Assembly (NCBI GenBank): GCA_016784705.1
Contig: JADHUD010000001.1
Location: 1 to 43,374, forward strand
DNA length: 43,374 bases
From: Spirochaetia bacterium
Lineage (GTDB): Bacteria > Spirochaetota > Spirochaetia > JABMQR01
Direction of reading: 5' to 3'
Shown here: piece after piece, positions 42,458-43,374 of the stretch
How positions within the stretch are numbered: position 1 is the first letter of the stretch
How the letters are laid out: each line of letters begins with the position of its first letter
Position numbers and translations under genes: made by a program
Notes under the pieces: generated by a model
The model's input: the letters and a program-made list of their open reading frames with translations, nothing else
What the model was told of the DNA's origin: nothing
Database searches by the model: none

Positions 42458-43374
42458 GTGTTCAACCCGGTTGATACAAAAGTAAGTTTCCCAAAAATGG
42501 AAGAAAAAATATTAGCATTTTGGGAGGAAAACAATATTTTCCAGAAATCCATAGACAACAGATCTGATTGCCAGGAGTATGTTTTTTATGATGGACCTCC
42601 TTTTGCAACAGGACTTCCTCATTTTGGACATTTTGTGCCGGGTACGATTAAAGATATTATCCCCAGATATCAGACTATGAAAGGAAAGAGAGTTAATCGT
42701 CGTTTTGGTTGGGATTGTCATGGTCTGCCTGTAGAATACGAAATTGAAAAAGATTTAGGCATCTCAGGAAAATCTCAAATTGAGGAGTATGGCGTTGCCA
42801 GGTTTAATGAACAATGCAGATCTATCGTTTTGCGCTATACAAACGAGTGGCAGCAGATTGTATCTCGATTGGGTAGATGGGTAGATTTTGAGAATGACTA
42901 TAAAACAATGGATCCTGATTATATGGAATCAATCTGGTGGGTCTTTAAGTCACTTTGGGAGAAGGGTCTTATTTATGAAGGATATAATATCCTGCCATAT
43001 AGTCCTGCACTTTCCTCTCCATTATCAAATTTTGAAGTAAATCTTGGCGGGTATCAGGACGTTCTGGATCCTGCAATAACTGTTCGATTTGCCCTCAAAA
43101 ATGAACCTGATACATACTTTTTAGCTTGGACTACCACACCCTGGACATTACCTTCAAATTTAGCACTGGTTTTAGGTCCTGATATTGATTATGTAAAAGT
43201 TACAGAAAATGGTGATTCATATATATTAGCAGCATCAAAAGTATCGGTTTATTTTACCGATGAAGCAACTTATAAGATTACCGGCAAATATAAAGGCATT
43301 GATCTTACGGGAATAGAGTACGAGCCTCTCATGCCATTTTTCAGCAGCCTCTCATCAAAAGGTGCCTTCAGGAC
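42458..43374 (+). CDS. ileS: Isoleucyl-tRNA synthetase, 5' part (type-2, eukaryote-like), runs off the window
   Basis: My own translation from the GTG at 42458 (5 nt after AGGAGG) gives [31 protein letters not shown]...[19 protein letters not shown] (HIGH motif)...[21 protein letters not shown]...[13 protein letters not shown]. It stays open to the last base. It is absent from the ORF track because it has no stop in the window. Confidence 0.9.
   Translation, partial: MFNPVDTKVSFPKMEEKILAFWEENNIFQKSIDNRSDCQEYVFYDGPPFATGLPHFGHFVPGTIKDIIPRYQTMKGKRVNRRFGWDCHGLPVEYEIEKDLGISGKSQIEEYGVARFNEQCRSIVLRYTNEWQQIVSRLGRWVDFENDYKTMDPDYMESIWWVFKSLWEKGLIYEGYNILPYSPALSSPLSNFEVNLGGYQDVLDPAITVRFALKNEPDTYFLAWTTTPWTLPSNLALVLGPDIDYVKVTENGDSYILAASKVSVYFTDEATYKITGKYKGIDLTGIEYEPLMPFFSSLSSKGAFR

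Noticed and set aside
1-43374. CRISPR arrays, rRNA genes, prophage or integrase genes, and toxin-antitoxin pairs.
   Set aside because: I saw no regularly spaced direct repeats with unique spacers, no rRNA-like conserved blocks, no integrase or recombinase next to the four tRNA genes, and no small two-gene cassettes with TA-like features.

Overview
This is an AT-rich (roughly one-third G+C by eye) bacterial chromosomal segment made mostly of tightly packed housekeeping genes. Gene content and order suggest a spirochaete of the Treponema type. That is an inference from: a DUF3276/PUR-repeat protein, monocistronic groES, rpmF-acpP-rnc without fab genes, a eukaryote-like type-2 IleS, ppdK, and a TPP-riboswitch-controlled thiBPQ importer. 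Gene order from left to right: uvrB; a secreted caspase-like (C14) lipoprotein with a small beta-barrel partner; thiQPB behind a TPP riboswitch; murG-cvpA; a translationally coupled holB / sensor kinase / sigma-54 activator / dinG operon; groES; an RpoS-like sigma gene behind a -24/-12 promoter; ppdK; tRNA-Thr; tsaD-apt; tRNA-Gln and tRNA-Glu; an ABC-F ATPase; a mini-ParB gene coupled to an M29 aminopeptidase gene; an S41-like lipoprotein; tRNA-Gly; the PUR protein; rnhB; an intact IS4-superfamily/IS1634-like insertion sequence with perfect 25-bp inverted repeats and a 6-bp target duplication; smc; ffh-rpsP-KH-rimM-trmD-rplS; yraN; a basic Zn-ribbon-like ORF; coaD; rpmF-acpP-rnc; cca; and the 5' part of ileS, which is missing from the ORF track. 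I found no CRISPR array, rRNA, prophage or recognisable defence island. The least explained object is a ~245-nt non-coding segment (9527-9771) between cvpA and holB. It folds into a ~60-bp interrupted rod capped by a three-hairpin junction and shows none of the signature motifs of RNase P, SRP, tmRNA or 6S RNA that I can recognise by eye. Other points worth follow-up are the kinase / activator / sigma-54-promoter / sigma-factor arrangement, the 129-aa ParB-domain protein, the caspase-like lipoprotein pair, and several intergenic repeat sets. All product calls come from reading the translated ORFs for motifs, and no database search was run.
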